From assembly GCA_964424165.1 (NCBI GenBank), contig CAYRIB010000003.1:1-60863 (forward strand): 60,863 nucleotides of DNA, given 5' to 3'. The notes under the pieces were generated by a model. That model made no database searches. It saw only the letters and a program-made list of their open reading frames with translations, and was not told where the DNA came from. This DNA comes from an uncultured Myxococcales bacterium. Its GTDB lineage: Bacteria > Myxococcota_A > UBA9042 > DTJE01. A program made the translations under genes and the position numbers. Positions 27,616 through 36,202 of the stretch are shown in pieces. Numbering within the stretch: position 1 is the stretch's first letter; each line of letters begins with the position of its first letter.

Positions 27616-28149
27616 ATGTCCGGGACCGAACCCATCGATCAGGCCCCCTTCGAACCGCGGATCACCGCGTTCGTTTGCAACTGGTGCACTTACACCGGGG
27701 CGGATCTGGCTGGCACCAGCCGGTTGCAGATGGCCTCGAACGTGCGCATCATCCGCCTGCCCTGCACGGGGCGCATCGACCCCATGTTCATCATCAAGGC
27801 CTTCGAACGCGGTGCCGACGGGGTGATTGTGAGCGGCTGCCACCCGGCGGACTGCCACTACAACGCGGGGAACTACCACGCGCGGCGGCGGTTCACGGTG
27901 TTTCGCGAACTGGCGGACTTCATGGGCATCGACCCGCGCCGCATGACCTTCAGTTGGGTATCGGCCTCCGAGGGCGGCAAGTGGCGCGACGTGGTCAACG
28001 AAACCGTGTCCCGCATCCGTGGAATGGGGCCGTTTGCGCAATACCAGGCCCTGGGACGCGACGCCGGCGACGAGGCCGCGTCCCTGTCCCCTGTAGGGCG
28101 CGGTCACCAGACCGCGTCAATGGCGTCGTCGACAGGCGGTGCAGAATGA
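27616..28149 (+). CDS. flxD: MvhD/FlxD-type (methyl-viologen-reducing hydrogenase delta-like) FeS protein
   Basis: FVCNWCTYTGADLAG...IRLPCTGRIDPMFIIKAFERGADGVIVSGCHPADCHY. Confidence 0.88.
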   Translation: MSGTEPIDQAPFEPRITAFVCNWCTYTGADLAGTSRLQMASNVRIIRLPCTGRIDPMFIIKAFERGADGVIVSGCHPADCHYNAGNYHARRRFTVFRELADFMGIDPRRMTFSWVSASEGGKWRDVVNETVSRIRGMGPFAQYQALGRDAGDEAASLSPVGRGHQTASMASSTGGAE

Positions 28150-29018
28150 ACGAACTCCGAGAACTGGCCAGCAAACTGCTCTCCGATGGCACGGTCCAGG
28201 TCGTGCTGGGGTGGGAGGAAGGCCCCCACGGGGTGCGTCCCGCGTTCGCGATGGATGCGGAGGGGGCTCAGCGTCTGGTGTTCGACGCCCGGTGTGTCCA
28301 CAATCTGGCGACCTATCTGTCGCCGCGACGCAGCCACGTGGCCAGGCTCGGGCGGGTGGGTGTCATCGTCAAGGGCTGTGACGCTCGGGCCGTGGCCGGG
28401 TTGATTCGCGAAACCCAGGTCAAACGCGAGGACCTCACGATCATCGGCGTGCGATGCGGGGGCGTGTCGGCAGATGCCCGCGACACCCGTCCGCTGTCGG
28501 CACAGACCGTGGCGGACCGCTGTCGCGGATGCAATGCCCACGAGCCACGTCTGGCGGATCATGTGGTTGGACCGGCGGTCACGGGCTTCGACGGGCCTTT
28601 CCGGCGCGATGGGCGCATCGAGGAACTCTTGTCCCGGCCCGTAGACCAGCGATGGGCGTTCTGGCAGGCCGAGATGCAGCGCTGCATCCGCTGCAACGCG
28701 TGCCGTCAGGTCTGTCCCATGTGCTTTTGCGAACGCTGCATGGCCGACAAGACACAGCCGCAGTGGCTCGAAAGCTCGCCGCATCCGCGGGGCAATCTGG
28801 CCTGGCACCTCACCCGCGCCATGCACCAAGCCGGGCGTTGCACGGACTGCGGCGAATGCGAGCGGGCCTGTCCTGTGGGCATCCCCCTGACCCTGATCAC
28901 GCGACATGTCGCCCGGGTCGTGGCCGATCGTTTCGGTTACCAGACCTCGGACGACCCGGCCGTGCCGGAACCCATCGGCACCTATCGACTCGAAGACCCT
29001 CAGGAGTTCATCCTGTGA
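28146..29018 (+). CDS. flxC: FlxC-like 4Fe-4S dicluster protein
   Basis: ATGA overlap with the mvhD stop. Motifs CIRCNACRQVCPMC and CTDCGECERACP. 290 aa. Confidence 0.7.
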   Translation: MNELRELASKLLSDGTVQVVLGWEEGPHGVRPAFAMDAEGAQRLVFDARCVHNLATYLSPRRSHVARLGRVGVIVKGCDARAVAGLIRETQVKREDLTIIGVRCGGVSADARDTRPLSAQTVADRCRGCNAHEPRLADHVVGPAVTGFDGPFRRDGRIEELLSRPVDQRWAFWQAEMQRCIRCNACRQVCPMCFCERCMADKTQPQWLESSPHPRGNLAWHLTRAMHQAGRCTDCGECERACPVGIPLTLITRHVARVVADRFGYQTSDDPAVPEPIGTYRLEDPQEFIL

Positions 29019-30079
29019 CGACACGAACCATCACCAATACCAATTTGGCTGGCCTGGCCGCGGACCTGCTGTCCCAAGGCACACGCATCATCGCCCCGGC
29101 GCTCGCTACAGACGGTCTTGTGGACTATCGCTGGATCGAGCGATTCGAGGACGCCCTGCCAGGCGGCGCATTGCCTCGTCGCTCGCTCAAGGAGTTCCTG
29201 CTGCCGCCGACCGAGCCCCTGCTCGCCTGGAAGCAAAGCAGGGATCAGGTGCACCTCCGGGAGGTGCCCGTCACTTTCGGCCCGCGGGTGGTCATCGGGG
29301 CACGCCCGTGCGACGCGGCCGCGCTCGAGGTCCTCGATCGCGTGATGAACTGGGATTATCGGGACGAACTGTGGTTCGGGCGCCGGGAGGCCACCACTAT
29401 CGTCACGATGGCTTGCCCCGGAGTCGACGAATCATGCTTCTGCACGGCGGTCGGCTTGGCCCCGGACACCAGCAAGGGGTCTGACCTGCTGCTGATCCCC
29501 GTGGCCCAGGACTATCATGTCGAGGTGTTGACGTCCAAGGGCGAGGCTCTGATCGCGGCCCATGAAACCCGATTCGGCCCCGGCGGGGACGCGGCTGCGG
29601 CCACGGCCTTCCGGGGCGCGGCGCACGATCGGGTGTCAGCCCATCTGCGCGTGAACCCCGACGGGATACGGACCTGGCTGCAGGGACACTTCGAGCACCC
29701 TCTGTGGGATGCGATCGCCCTGCGCTGCCACGGCTGTGGGGCATGCGCGGCCGTGTGCCCGACCTGTCACTGCTTCGATATCGTCGACGAGCCCGACAGC
29801 GTGACGACCGGAGTCCGGCGGCGCAACTGGGATACCTGTCAGACCGGACGCTTCACGCTGCACGCATCGGGCCACAACCCGCGTCACGACCAGTGTGCGC
29901 GTTTCCGTCAGCGCATCATGCACAAGTTCATGATCTATCCCAGCCGCTTCGAGGAGATCCTGTGCACCGGGTGCGGACGGTGTTCGCGGGTGTGTCCGGG
30001 CGGCCAGGACCTCCCCGAGGTCCTGGCGCAAATCGACGGTCTGGTCAACGGGGCAGCATCCGATGGAGGCACGCCATGA
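29015..30079 (+). CDS. flxB: FlxB-like FeS protein (sulfhydrogenase beta / AsrA-like)
   Basis: GTG start in a GTGA overlap with the previous stop. Motifs CHGCGACAAVCPTCHC and CTGCGRCSRVCP. 354 aa. Confidence 0.7.
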   Translation: MTTRTITNTNLAGLAADLLSQGTRIIAPALATDGLVDYRWIERFEDALPGGALPRRSLKEFLLPPTEPLLAWKQSRDQVHLREVPVTFGPRVVIGARPCDAAALEVLDRVMNWDYRDELWFGRREATTIVTMACPGVDESCFCTAVGLAPDTSKGSDLLLIPVAQDYHVEVLTSKGEALIAAHETRFGPGGDAAAATAFRGAAHDRVSAHLRVNPDGIRTWLQGHFEHPLWDAIALRCHGCGACAAVCPTCHCFDIVDEPDSVTTGVRRRNWDTCQTGRFTLHASGHNPRHDQCARFRQRIMHKFMIYPSRFEEILCTGCGRCSRVCPGGQDLPEVLAQIDGLVNGAASDGGTP

Positions 30080-30906
30080 ACGTCTACCAACCCCATCTGG
30101 TCCGCATCGAGGACCTGATCGACGAGACCCCGGATACCCGGACTCTGCGCCTGCGCTTCCTCGACGATCACCTGGCCGAAACGTTCGATTTTCGCGCCGG
30201 CCAGTTCGGCGAATACTCGGTGTTCGGGGCGGGGGAATGCACGTTCTGCATCGCTTCGTCCCCGACCCGCAAGGGCTTCATCGAATGCTCGTTCAAGACC
30301 GTGGGCAAGGCCACATCGGCCATGCGTCAACTCGGCGTCGGCGACACCATGGGGTTTCGGGGGCCGTACGGAAACGCGTTTCCCTTGGATCGCTTGGAAG
30401 GCAAAAGCGTGCTCTTCGTGGCGGGCGGGATCGGGTTGGCCCCGGTGCGCTGCGTGATCTGGAATGTCCTGGATCTGCGCGACCGCTTCAAGGACGTGAC
30501 CATCGTGTACGGGGCGCGAACGGTCGGGGATCTGGTGTACAAGCGCGAGATCGAACAATGGGCAAAACGCGCGGACGTGCGTCTATGGACCACGGTGGAC
30601 CCGGGCGGCGAAACCCCCGACTGGAAGGGTGAAGTCGGGTTCGTACCCGCGATCGTGGAGAAGGCGGCGCCGTCGGGAACGGATGCGTTCGCCGTGGTGT
30701 GCGGACCGCCGGTGATGATCAAGTACACCTTGCCGGTGCTGAACCAGCTCGGTTTCGCGGACGACATGGTGTTCACCACGCTCGAGAACCGAATGAAGTG
30801 CGGGATCGGGAAGTGCGGACGATGCAACATCGGATCGGTTTACGTGTGCAAGGACGGGCCGGTGTTCACGGCCCAGGAACTGAAGCAGCTACCTGCCGAG
30901 TATTGA
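30076..30906 (+). CDS. flxA: FlxA-like FAD/NAD(P)-binding oxidoreductase with C-terminal [2Fe-2S] (PyrK/AsrB/sulfhydrogenase-gamma fold)
   Basis: ATGA overlap with the previous stop. Ferredoxin-reductase-type barrel (TRTLRLRF...GQFGEYSV), NAD-binding VAGGIGLAPV, and C-terminal CGIGKCGRCNIG. Confidence 0.75.
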   Translation: MNVYQPHLVRIEDLIDETPDTRTLRLRFLDDHLAETFDFRAGQFGEYSVFGAGECTFCIASSPTRKGFIECSFKTVGKATSAMRQLGVGDTMGFRGPYGNAFPLDRLEGKSVLFVAGGIGLAPVRCVIWNVLDLRDRFKDVTIVYGARTVGDLVYKREIEQWAKRADVRLWTTVDPGGETPDWKGEVGFVPAIVEKAAPSGTDAFAVVCGPPVMIKYTLPVLNQLGFADDMVFTTLENRMKCGIGKCGRCNIGSVYVCKDGPVFTAQELKQLPAEY

Positions 30907-30917
30907 CCGTCGGGCCA

Positions 30918-32039
30918 TCAGTTCCAACGGATTTCGTGGCGCATGGACTGGCGACGGATGGTCTCGAAGGCCACTGCGGAGTCGCGCGCCGTGGCGTAGT
31001 CGGCCTTGAAGCGGATCGAGACGTCCCGGATGCCGATGGCTGCGACCAGCCGATCCAGCATGCTTTCGGTCAGTGGCTTCGATGGAACCTTGCGGCCGCC
31101 CGGCAGAGGATCGAGCCCGGCCAGCCAGCCAGACGGCGCAGAAAGGCCCAGAAAGCGGCGCACGTCTTCGGCCACCCGGGCCAGGGCCCGGGAACGCCCC
31201 TCGATGACCGAGCCCGCGACATGCGGCGTGGCCAGGATGCATGACTTCACGAATTCCGGATCCGGACGGGGTTCGTCGTCCCAGACGTCCACCGCTGAAA
31301 GGATGTGTCCGGGATGATCCGTCATCGTGCGCGTCAGGGCCGCGGTGTGCAACACGCCTCCGCGCGCGGTGTTGACGAGGATCCGGGGGTGATCGTTGGC
31401 CGTGCGAAGCCACGTCCCCAGAAAGGCACGATCCACCATGTGACGGGTGGGCCAGCGGGACTCTTCGGGCCCGGTGAGCGGCACGTGCAGCGAAATCGCT
31501 TCACAGCCGGCCAGGGCCTCGAGAGAGGCCGAACGGAAAGTCCCTCCGGATCGCACCTCGAGCGGGGGGTCATAGGCGATCCAAGTGGCCCCGATCCGAC
31601 CCACACGCCGCGCCAAGGCCACCCCGCATTGCCCGAAGCCCCAGATCCCGACTCGCAGTCGCGCGGGGTCCAGGGTCGCATGCCACGCCAGTTCGAGCAT
31701 GGCAGCCAACGCCCAGTCGGCCACGCCGTCCGCGGTCGAACCCGGGGCCGAAAACAGCGGGCACTCGCGCCCCGTGACCTTCCGGAAGCGGGTCAGGGCA
31801 TCGAAATCCACGTGGTCCAGACCGACGATAGGACAGGCAATGGCCAACAGATCGGGCATGCGCGACAAGAGCGCGTCATCGATCCGCGTCACGGACCGAC
31901 TGATCAGCACGTGCATGCCCGGCCAGAGGTCGGTCGTCTCACGCAACCGGGCGGCATCGAAGCCCTGCACATCACCCAGCGCCGCAAAGACTTCCGTCGC
32001 GCGCGGCACGGCCGTGTCCACCAGGAATTTCAGGGTCAC
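30918..32039 (-). CDS. pdxB: 4-phosphoerythronate dehydrogenase-like D-2-hydroxyacid dehydrogenase
   Basis: GTG start. N-terminus LKFLVDTAVPRATEVFAALGDV resembles PdxB. NAD-binding GIWGFGQCGVALARR. The length (373 aa) and the extra C-terminal domain fit PdxB rather than a generic 2-HADH. Confidence 0.65.
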   Translation of the reverse strand: MTLKFLVDTAVPRATEVFAALGDVQGFDAARLRETTDLWPGMHVLISRSVTRIDDALLSRMPDLLAIACPIVGLDHVDFDALTRFRKVTGRECPLFSAPGSTADGVADWALAAMLELAWHATLDPARLRVGIWGFGQCGVALARRVGRIGATWIAYDPPLEVRSGGTFRSASLEALAGCEAISLHVPLTGPEESRWPTRHMVDRAFLGTWLRTANDHPRILVNTARGGVLHTAALTRTMTDHPGHILSAVDVWDDEPRPDPEFVKSCILATPHVAGSVIEGRSRALARVAEDVRRFLGLSAPSGWLAGLDPLPGGRKVPSKPLTESMLDRLVAAIGIRDVSIRFKADYATARDSAVAFETIRRQSMRHEIRWN

Positions 32040-32041
32040 CC

Positions 32042-32413
32042 CTATTTTTTCTTGAAGAGCGCCTCGAGTCGCGCCTTGGCCTCGTCCGCATCCCGCGGAG
32101 AACCCTTGACTTCGCCGCCCCCGAACATCTTCGAGAGGCGCTTCTTGGCTTCGGACGCCTCGTCGCTGCCGTCATCGAGCACGGGCCGGAACGTGAAGTA
32201 CAGGCAGAAGTTGCCTTCTGCGCGGTCGCGAATGAATTCACCCTGGTTTTCGGTGCACTGATTGTGCACGTCCTTGTTCCAATACTTGCAGTTGAAGCAA
32301 CAGTGGAGATAGGCGTAGCAGTTCGGACACATGTCGCGACGCCCGATCTTGACGTCGAAGACCAGTTCCTCACCGCACTGGTAACACTTGAATCTCGGAT
32401 CCTGCTGTTCCAT
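32042..32413 (-). CDS. Cys-rich zinc-ribbon-type small protein, function unknown
   Basis: CYQCGEEL...CPNCYAYLHCCFNCKYW...C...C, followed by a charged tail. Its stop lies 2 nt before the pdxB start codon. A GGGAGA Shine-Dalgarno site is present. Confidence 0.7.
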   Translation of the reverse strand: MEQQDPRFKCYQCGEELVFDVKIGRRDMCPNCYAYLHCCFNCKYWNKDVHNQCTENQGEFIRDRAEGNFCLYFTFRPVLDDGSDEASEAKKRLSKMFGGGEVKGSPRDADEAKARLEALFKKK

Positions 32414-32609
32414 CCGGGCGTCTCCCGCTCCCGAGCCGGCGCCTATTGTACCCGAAACCCGGAGTTTTGCAGGAGGAATCGCGCCATGGTCCGAATCGCG
32501 CAGAATCCGTCTTGTTTACCATTTTATTTCCAATAGTTCGGCGTCGACTTGGTGTCGGATGCCATCCAATCCTACGATTACAGATGTCGAAACCTTCAGG
32601 GGGACGCCG

Positions 32610-32939
32610 ATGCATCAGACGGATTGCATGAATGACATGATGGACACCATGCTGCCAATGACCGCCGTGGACTCGAGCGGTCACCCGGATCAGGCGGTCG
32701 TGACGCGCCTCGGGCTGCGGGGCATGGAATTCGAGGCCCAGGCCATGCCCAGCGGCCGGTTTGCATGGCTGGACTTCCACCTCCCGGAGAACGGGCACCG
32801 TGTTAAGGCGCTTGGCGAGATCACGTGCGTGCTGTGCAGCAACAGTCTGATCCGCGTGTTCATCGACTTCAAGCACGTGTTCCCGGCCGATCGGATCGCC
32901 ATGAGCGGCTTCTTGCAATCCCACGCCGTGGCGGCCTGA
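32610..32939 (+). CDS. hypothetical small protein (possibly PilZ-like beta-barrel without c-di-GMP motifs)
   Basis: Track ORF 32388..32939 trimmed to Met75, which is preceded by AGGGGGA. GC3-rich codons. FAWLDFHLPENGHRVKALGEI...IRVFIDFKHV resembles the distal half of PilZ folds. Confidence 0.45.
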   Translation: MHQTDCMNDMMDTMLPMTAVDSSGHPDQAVVTRLGLRGMEFEAQAMPSGRFAWLDFHLPENGHRVKALGEITCVLCSNSLIRVFIDFKHVFPADRIAMSGFLQSHAVAA

Positions 32940-32946
32940 CGGCTCG

Positions 32947-34146
32947 TCACTCGGGACGCCACCCGGCCCGCACGTCGGCGATGGCTTCCGCGAACCGCGG
33001 CAGCGCCCGTTCGATCACCGGGTCATCCACGCAGAACGAGATCCGGAAATAGCCGGGACACTCGAATCCAGCGCCAGGGCTCACGAGCAGCAGCTTCGAC
33101 TTCAGCAACTGGATGAAGGCGATGTCGTCGGGCAACGGCGACTTGGGGAACATGAAGAACGTGCCGTCCGGGCGGCGAACCTCGTAGCCCATGCCGATCA
33201 GGGCATCGTACAAACGATCGCGCTTTCGCTGGTAGGTGGCCACGTCGACTTCGTAATGTTCGATGCGCGCCAGAACGCGTTGCATGATCGCGGGCGCATT
33301 GATGAAACCGAGCGTCCGGTTGACGAACGTCATGGCCGACACCAGTTCCTGGGCGTCGATACAGTGCGGGCTCACGGCCAGATAGCCGATCCGCTCGCCC
33401 GCCAGGGCCAGGTCCTTCGAATGGGACGTGGCCAGCAGGGTGGCCTCGTAGTGTTCGAACGGACTTTCGAACCGAAGGCCGTCGAAAAGAAGGCGGCGAT
33501 AGGGTTCGTCGGACAGCAGGTAAATGGTGCGACCGTACTGCTCGGACTTGCGGCGCAGCAGATCCCCCATGCGGGCGAACACGTCTGCGGTGATCAGGCG
33601 CCCGGAGGGATTGCACGGGGAGTTGGTGAGCACGGCACGCGTCTTCGGACCGATTCTTTGTTCGAGGTCCGCAAGGTCCGGCAGGAAGTCGGCGTCCGCA
33701 GGGGACACCACCTTCACACCCCCGTGGTTGTGGATGTAGAACCCGTATTCCACGAAGTAGGGGGCGATGACGATCACCTCGTCACCCGGTTCGAGGATGC
33801 TTTTGATGATGACGTTCAGGGCCCCGGCCGCACCGCAGGTCATGACCACGTGGTCCGAGGTGAACGGCAGGCCCAATTCAACCGCAAGGTTCGAAGCCAC
33901 GCGGGCCCGGGTCTCGGGGAAGCCGGCATTCTGCATGTAGCCGTGGATCTTCGGCTTTTCCTCGGCGACCACCTCGGCCAGCGCCGCCAGGAATTCCGGA
34001 GGCGGATTCAGATAGGGGTTGCCCAGCGTGAAGTCGAGCACGTTCTCGGCCCCGTGCTCGCGCGCGAGGCGCAATCCCTCTTCGAACATCTTGCGGATCC
34101 ACGATCCTCGGTTTATCTGCTCGCGAACAATGCTTGAAATACTCAT
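32947..34146 (-). CDS. pyridoxal-phosphate-dependent aminotransferase (class I/II, Asp/Ala-type)
   Basis: LGNPYLNPP, NPCNPSG and the PLP-lysine region SHSKDLALAGERIGY. 399 aa. Confidence 0.9.
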   Translation of the reverse strand: MSISSIVREQINRGSWIRKMFEEGLRLAREHGAENVLDFTLGNPYLNPPPEFLAALAEVVAEEKPKIHGYMQNAGFPETRARVASNLAVELGLPFTSDHVVMTCGAAGALNVIIKSILEPGDEVIVIAPYFVEYGFYIHNHGGVKVVSPADADFLPDLADLEQRIGPKTRAVLTNSPCNPSGRLITADVFARMGDLLRRKSEQYGRTIYLLSDEPYRRLLFDGLRFESPFEHYEATLLATSHSKDLALAGERIGYLAVSPHCIDAQELVSAMTFVNRTLGFINAPAIMQRVLARIEHYEVDVATYQRKRDRLYDALIGMGYEVRRPDGTFFMFPKSPLPDDIAFIQLLKSKLLLVSPGAGFECPGYFRISFCVDDPVIERALPRFAEAIADVRAGWRPE

Positions 34147-34221
34147 GCGGGTATTGATAAACCAGCCCCCCGCACTCTGTCAATGTCAAAAGGACCGCTC
34201 GAAATCGGGCGTTTGTGGTCC

Positions 34222-34250
34222 TTGACACGTCGCGTCAACCCCACTAATCT
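34222..34250 (+). promoter_or_regulatory. sigma-70-type promoter candidate for the acyl-CoA dehydrogenase gene
   Basis: TTGACA (34222..34227), 17-nt spacer, TAATCT (34245..34250), 35 nt upstream of ATG 34285. An AAGGACC...GGTCCTT inverted repeat abuts the -35 element. Confidence 0.45.
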
Positions 34251-34284
34251 CATCGATACACGTGGATTTCTACAGGGAGGCGCC

Positions 34285-36129
34285 ATGGGAACCTACACGA
34301 CCGATATGCGGGACATTCGATTCGTATTGTTCGAGATGCTCAAGATCGACGAACTCGCGAAGACGGAACGCTTCAAAGACTTCGGCAAGGATGACTACGA
34401 GGCCTTCGCCACCGAAGCGTACCGCTTTGCGCGCGAGGTGCTCGCCCCGATCAACGAGATTGGCGATCGGCAAGGCGTGCGGCACGAAAACGGGGTCGTG
34501 ACCCTTCCGGATCCCTTCGTGGTCGCGTACAAGCGGTTCCAGGAGGCCGGTTGGGTGAGCGCCATCCAGAACCCGGCCGACGGTGGGCAAGGCTTGCCGT
34601 GGCTGATCAGCCAGGCCATCCACGAGTTCTTCATCGGGGCGTGCGTGTCGTTCACGCTCACCACGGGGCTGTCCGAGGGGCTGCTCGGCATCATCACCGA
34701 GTTCGGCAGCGACGCGGTCAAGCAACGGTTCGTTCCGGGCCTCATGGATGCGCGCTGGACCGGCACCATGTGCCTGACCGAAGCAGGCGCCGGGTCGGAC
34801 GTCGGGGCCAACAAGGCCACGGCGGTTCTTCTTGACAACGGGCGATACGCGATCAAGGGCGAAAAGATCTTCATCACCGGCGGGGATCACAACCTGTCCG
34901 ACAACATCGTGCACGGCGTGCTTGCAAGGGTCGAAGGCGCCCCGGCCGGGACCAAGGGCCTGTCGTTGTTCCTGGTGCCCAAGTTCCGGGTCAACGACGA
35001 CGGCACCTTGGGCCAGGCGAACGACGTGAAGGTCGGTCGCATCGAGCACAAGCTCGGGATCAAGGGTTCCCCGACGTGCGTGATGGTCTTCGGCGACGGG
35101 GATGCCTGCGAGGGCTATCTGCTGGGCAACGAGAACGACGGCATGAAGATCATGTTCCACATGATGAACGAGGCCCGGATCATGGTCGGCGTGCAGGGTC
35201 TGGCCATTGCATCGAGCGCCTACCAAAGCGCCCTGGCGTACGCCCGCGAACGGCTGCAGGGCCCGGACCTGACCCAGATGAAGGACCCCAAAGCCCCCCG
35301 GGTACCGATCATTCGCCACCCGGACGTGCGCCGGATGTTGATGTGGCAGAAGTCGGTCACCGAAGCGCTTCGCGGAATGCTGTATGCGACGGCCTGGTAC
35401 GCCGATCAATCGGCCGCTCATGCCGATCCGGCCGAGCGCGAAAAGTTCAAGGGATTTTTGGACCTGCTGACGCCCGTGTGCAAGGCGTACGGATCGGACA
35501 TGGGATGCCGTTGCGTGGACCTCGGGTTGCAAACGCTCGGGGGATATGGATACGTTGACGAGTATCCGATCGAACAGCACTATCGGGACGCCCGCATCGC
35601 GCCCATCTACGAGGGTACCAATGGGATCCAGGCGCTGGACCTGGTCGGGCGCAAGCTCGGCATGAAGGGCGGGGCCGTGTTGATGTCCTACCTCAAGGAG
35701 ATCAGCAGTTTCGTGGATCGCACCAAGGGCCATCCCAACATCGGAAAGTGGGTGGTGAAGCTCGGCGAGGCCAAGAATCTCGTGGCCGACCAGTCGATGC
35801 GATTCGCGACCGTGGGCATGCAGGATCCGACCATCCCGGCCCTGTACGCCAGCGCCTATCTGGAATCCTTCGGGGACATGGCCTGCGCCTTCTACCTGCT
35901 GCAAGCGGCCCTGATCGCGGATCAGGCCCTGACGCGTCTGTATGCCGAGGCCAAGGCCGTCACGGTGACGGACAAGAAGAAGTTGGTCGCGGACAATCCC
36001 GAGGCCAAGTTCTATCACGGTAAGCTGATGAGCACGCAGTTCTTCGTCCACCATGTGCTCCCGAACGTCAAGACGCGCGTCGAGATCTTCCGTTCGGGCG
36101 ACCGCACGCCTCTGGATTGCGAGTTCTGA
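34285..36129 (+). CDS. long-form acyl-CoA dehydrogenase (with C-terminal extension)
   Basis: Trimmed to Met35, which is preceded by GGGAGG. Motifs: TGTMCLTEAGAGSDV, KIFITGGDH, GGYGYVDEYPIEQHYRDARIAPIYEGTNGIQ. 614 aa. Confidence 0.9.
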   Translation: MGTYTTDMRDIRFVLFEMLKIDELAKTERFKDFGKDDYEAFATEAYRFAREVLAPINEIGDRQGVRHENGVVTLPDPFVVAYKRFQEAGWVSAIQNPADGGQGLPWLISQAIHEFFIGACVSFTLTTGLSEGLLGIITEFGSDAVKQRFVPGLMDARWTGTMCLTEAGAGSDVGANKATAVLLDNGRYAIKGEKIFITGGDHNLSDNIVHGVLARVEGAPAGTKGLSLFLVPKFRVNDDGTLGQANDVKVGRIEHKLGIKGSPTCVMVFGDGDACEGYLLGNENDGMKIMFHMMNEARIMVGVQGLAIASSAYQSALAYARERLQGPDLTQMKDPKAPRVPIIRHPDVRRMLMWQKSVTEALRGMLYATAWYADQSAAHADPAEREKFKGFLDLLTPVCKAYGSDMGCRCVDLGLQTLGGYGYVDEYPIEQHYRDARIAPIYEGTNGIQALDLVGRKLGMKGGAVLMSYLKEISSFVDRTKGHPNIGKWVVKLGEAKNLVADQSMRFATVGMQDPTIPALYASAYLESFGDMACAFYLLQAALIADQALTRLYAEAKAVTVTDKKKLVADNPEAKFYHGKLMSTQFFVHHVLPNVKTRVEIFRSGDRTPLDCEF

Positions 36130-36202
36130 GCCTTCCGATTTGGCAACCAACTCCTCTTGGAGGCATAATTCGAACTGGGCATTTTTCCATCGCGGAGGCT
36201 GT

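Noticed and set aside
25501-28107. Very long ORFs antisense or out of frame to recognised genes. The 868-aa ORF shown here lies opposite hdrA/mvhD. Others: 962..1909, 1906..2985, 24266..25369, 34270..36279, 38225..39592, 44438..46438, 47949..49379 and 56079..58037.
   Set aside because: Their translations are Arg/Gly/Ala/His/Pro-rich low-complexity strings with no motifs. The opposite or offset frame in each case carries unmistakable conserved motifs with GC3-rich codon usage. Long shadow ORFs are expected at this GC content.
25579-28149. Possible selenocysteine (in-frame TGA) recoding in HdrA or the MvhD-like protein, as occurs in some deltaproteobacteria.
   Set aside because: Both reading frames are uninterrupted, and Cys codons occupy the expected positions.
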